Of a stretch of DNA of 64,000 nucleotides, positions 63,993 through 64,000 are shown piece by piece. Position numbers and translations under genes: made by a program. The notes beneath the pieces are model-generated. The model saw only the letters and a list, made by a program, of their open reading frames with translations. It was not told the origin of the DNA and made no database searches. This DNA is from Nitrospirales bacterium (GTDB lineage Bacteria > Nitrospirota > Nitrospiria > Nitrospirales > UBA8639). Within the stretch, counting starts at the first letter, position 1; each line of letters opens with the position of its first letter. The DNA is taken from NCBI GenBank assembly GCA_963555755.3, contig OY820905.2, positions 4,000,001-4,064,000 of the forward strand, read 5' to 3'.

Positions 63993-64000
63993 TCAGTAGA

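Overview
This window looks like part of a Nitrospirales (nitrite-oxidiser-like) chromosome, inferred from gene content. (1) 1-7.8 kb is a pile-up of mobile DNA. It holds a split ISAs1 transposase, a DUF433/DUF5615 toxin-antitoxin pair, and an ORF-less class C group II intron inside a palindromic repeat. It also holds three tandem IS1595-family copies and an intact IS110 element whose CT core, circle-junction promoter and bridge-RNA guide loops can be read directly from the sequence. (2) 8.3-19.8 kb is an 11-gene respiratory cluster: two cytochrome bd-like subunits, Rieske and cytochrome b, five c-type cytochromes, an NxrC/EbdC-like heme b protein and a membrane protein. (3) A ~16.4 kb decayed genomic island is integrated at tRNA-Thr(CGT), bounded by a 47-bp att duplication. 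It carries several IS elements and remnants, BrnTA, a lipase, an RRM protein and a candidate sRNA. (4) The rest is signalling genes and housekeeping genes (POT transporter, lpxC, TrkA, SPFH/NfeD, TrmI, HD-GYP, pyrE, Fic, SDR), ending in a c-di-GMP-I riboswitch-like motif. The window is dotted with 130-430 bp MITE-like elements; four families with unrelated terminal repeats share one covarying internal stem-loop core. All protein calls come from motif recognition, not database searches.
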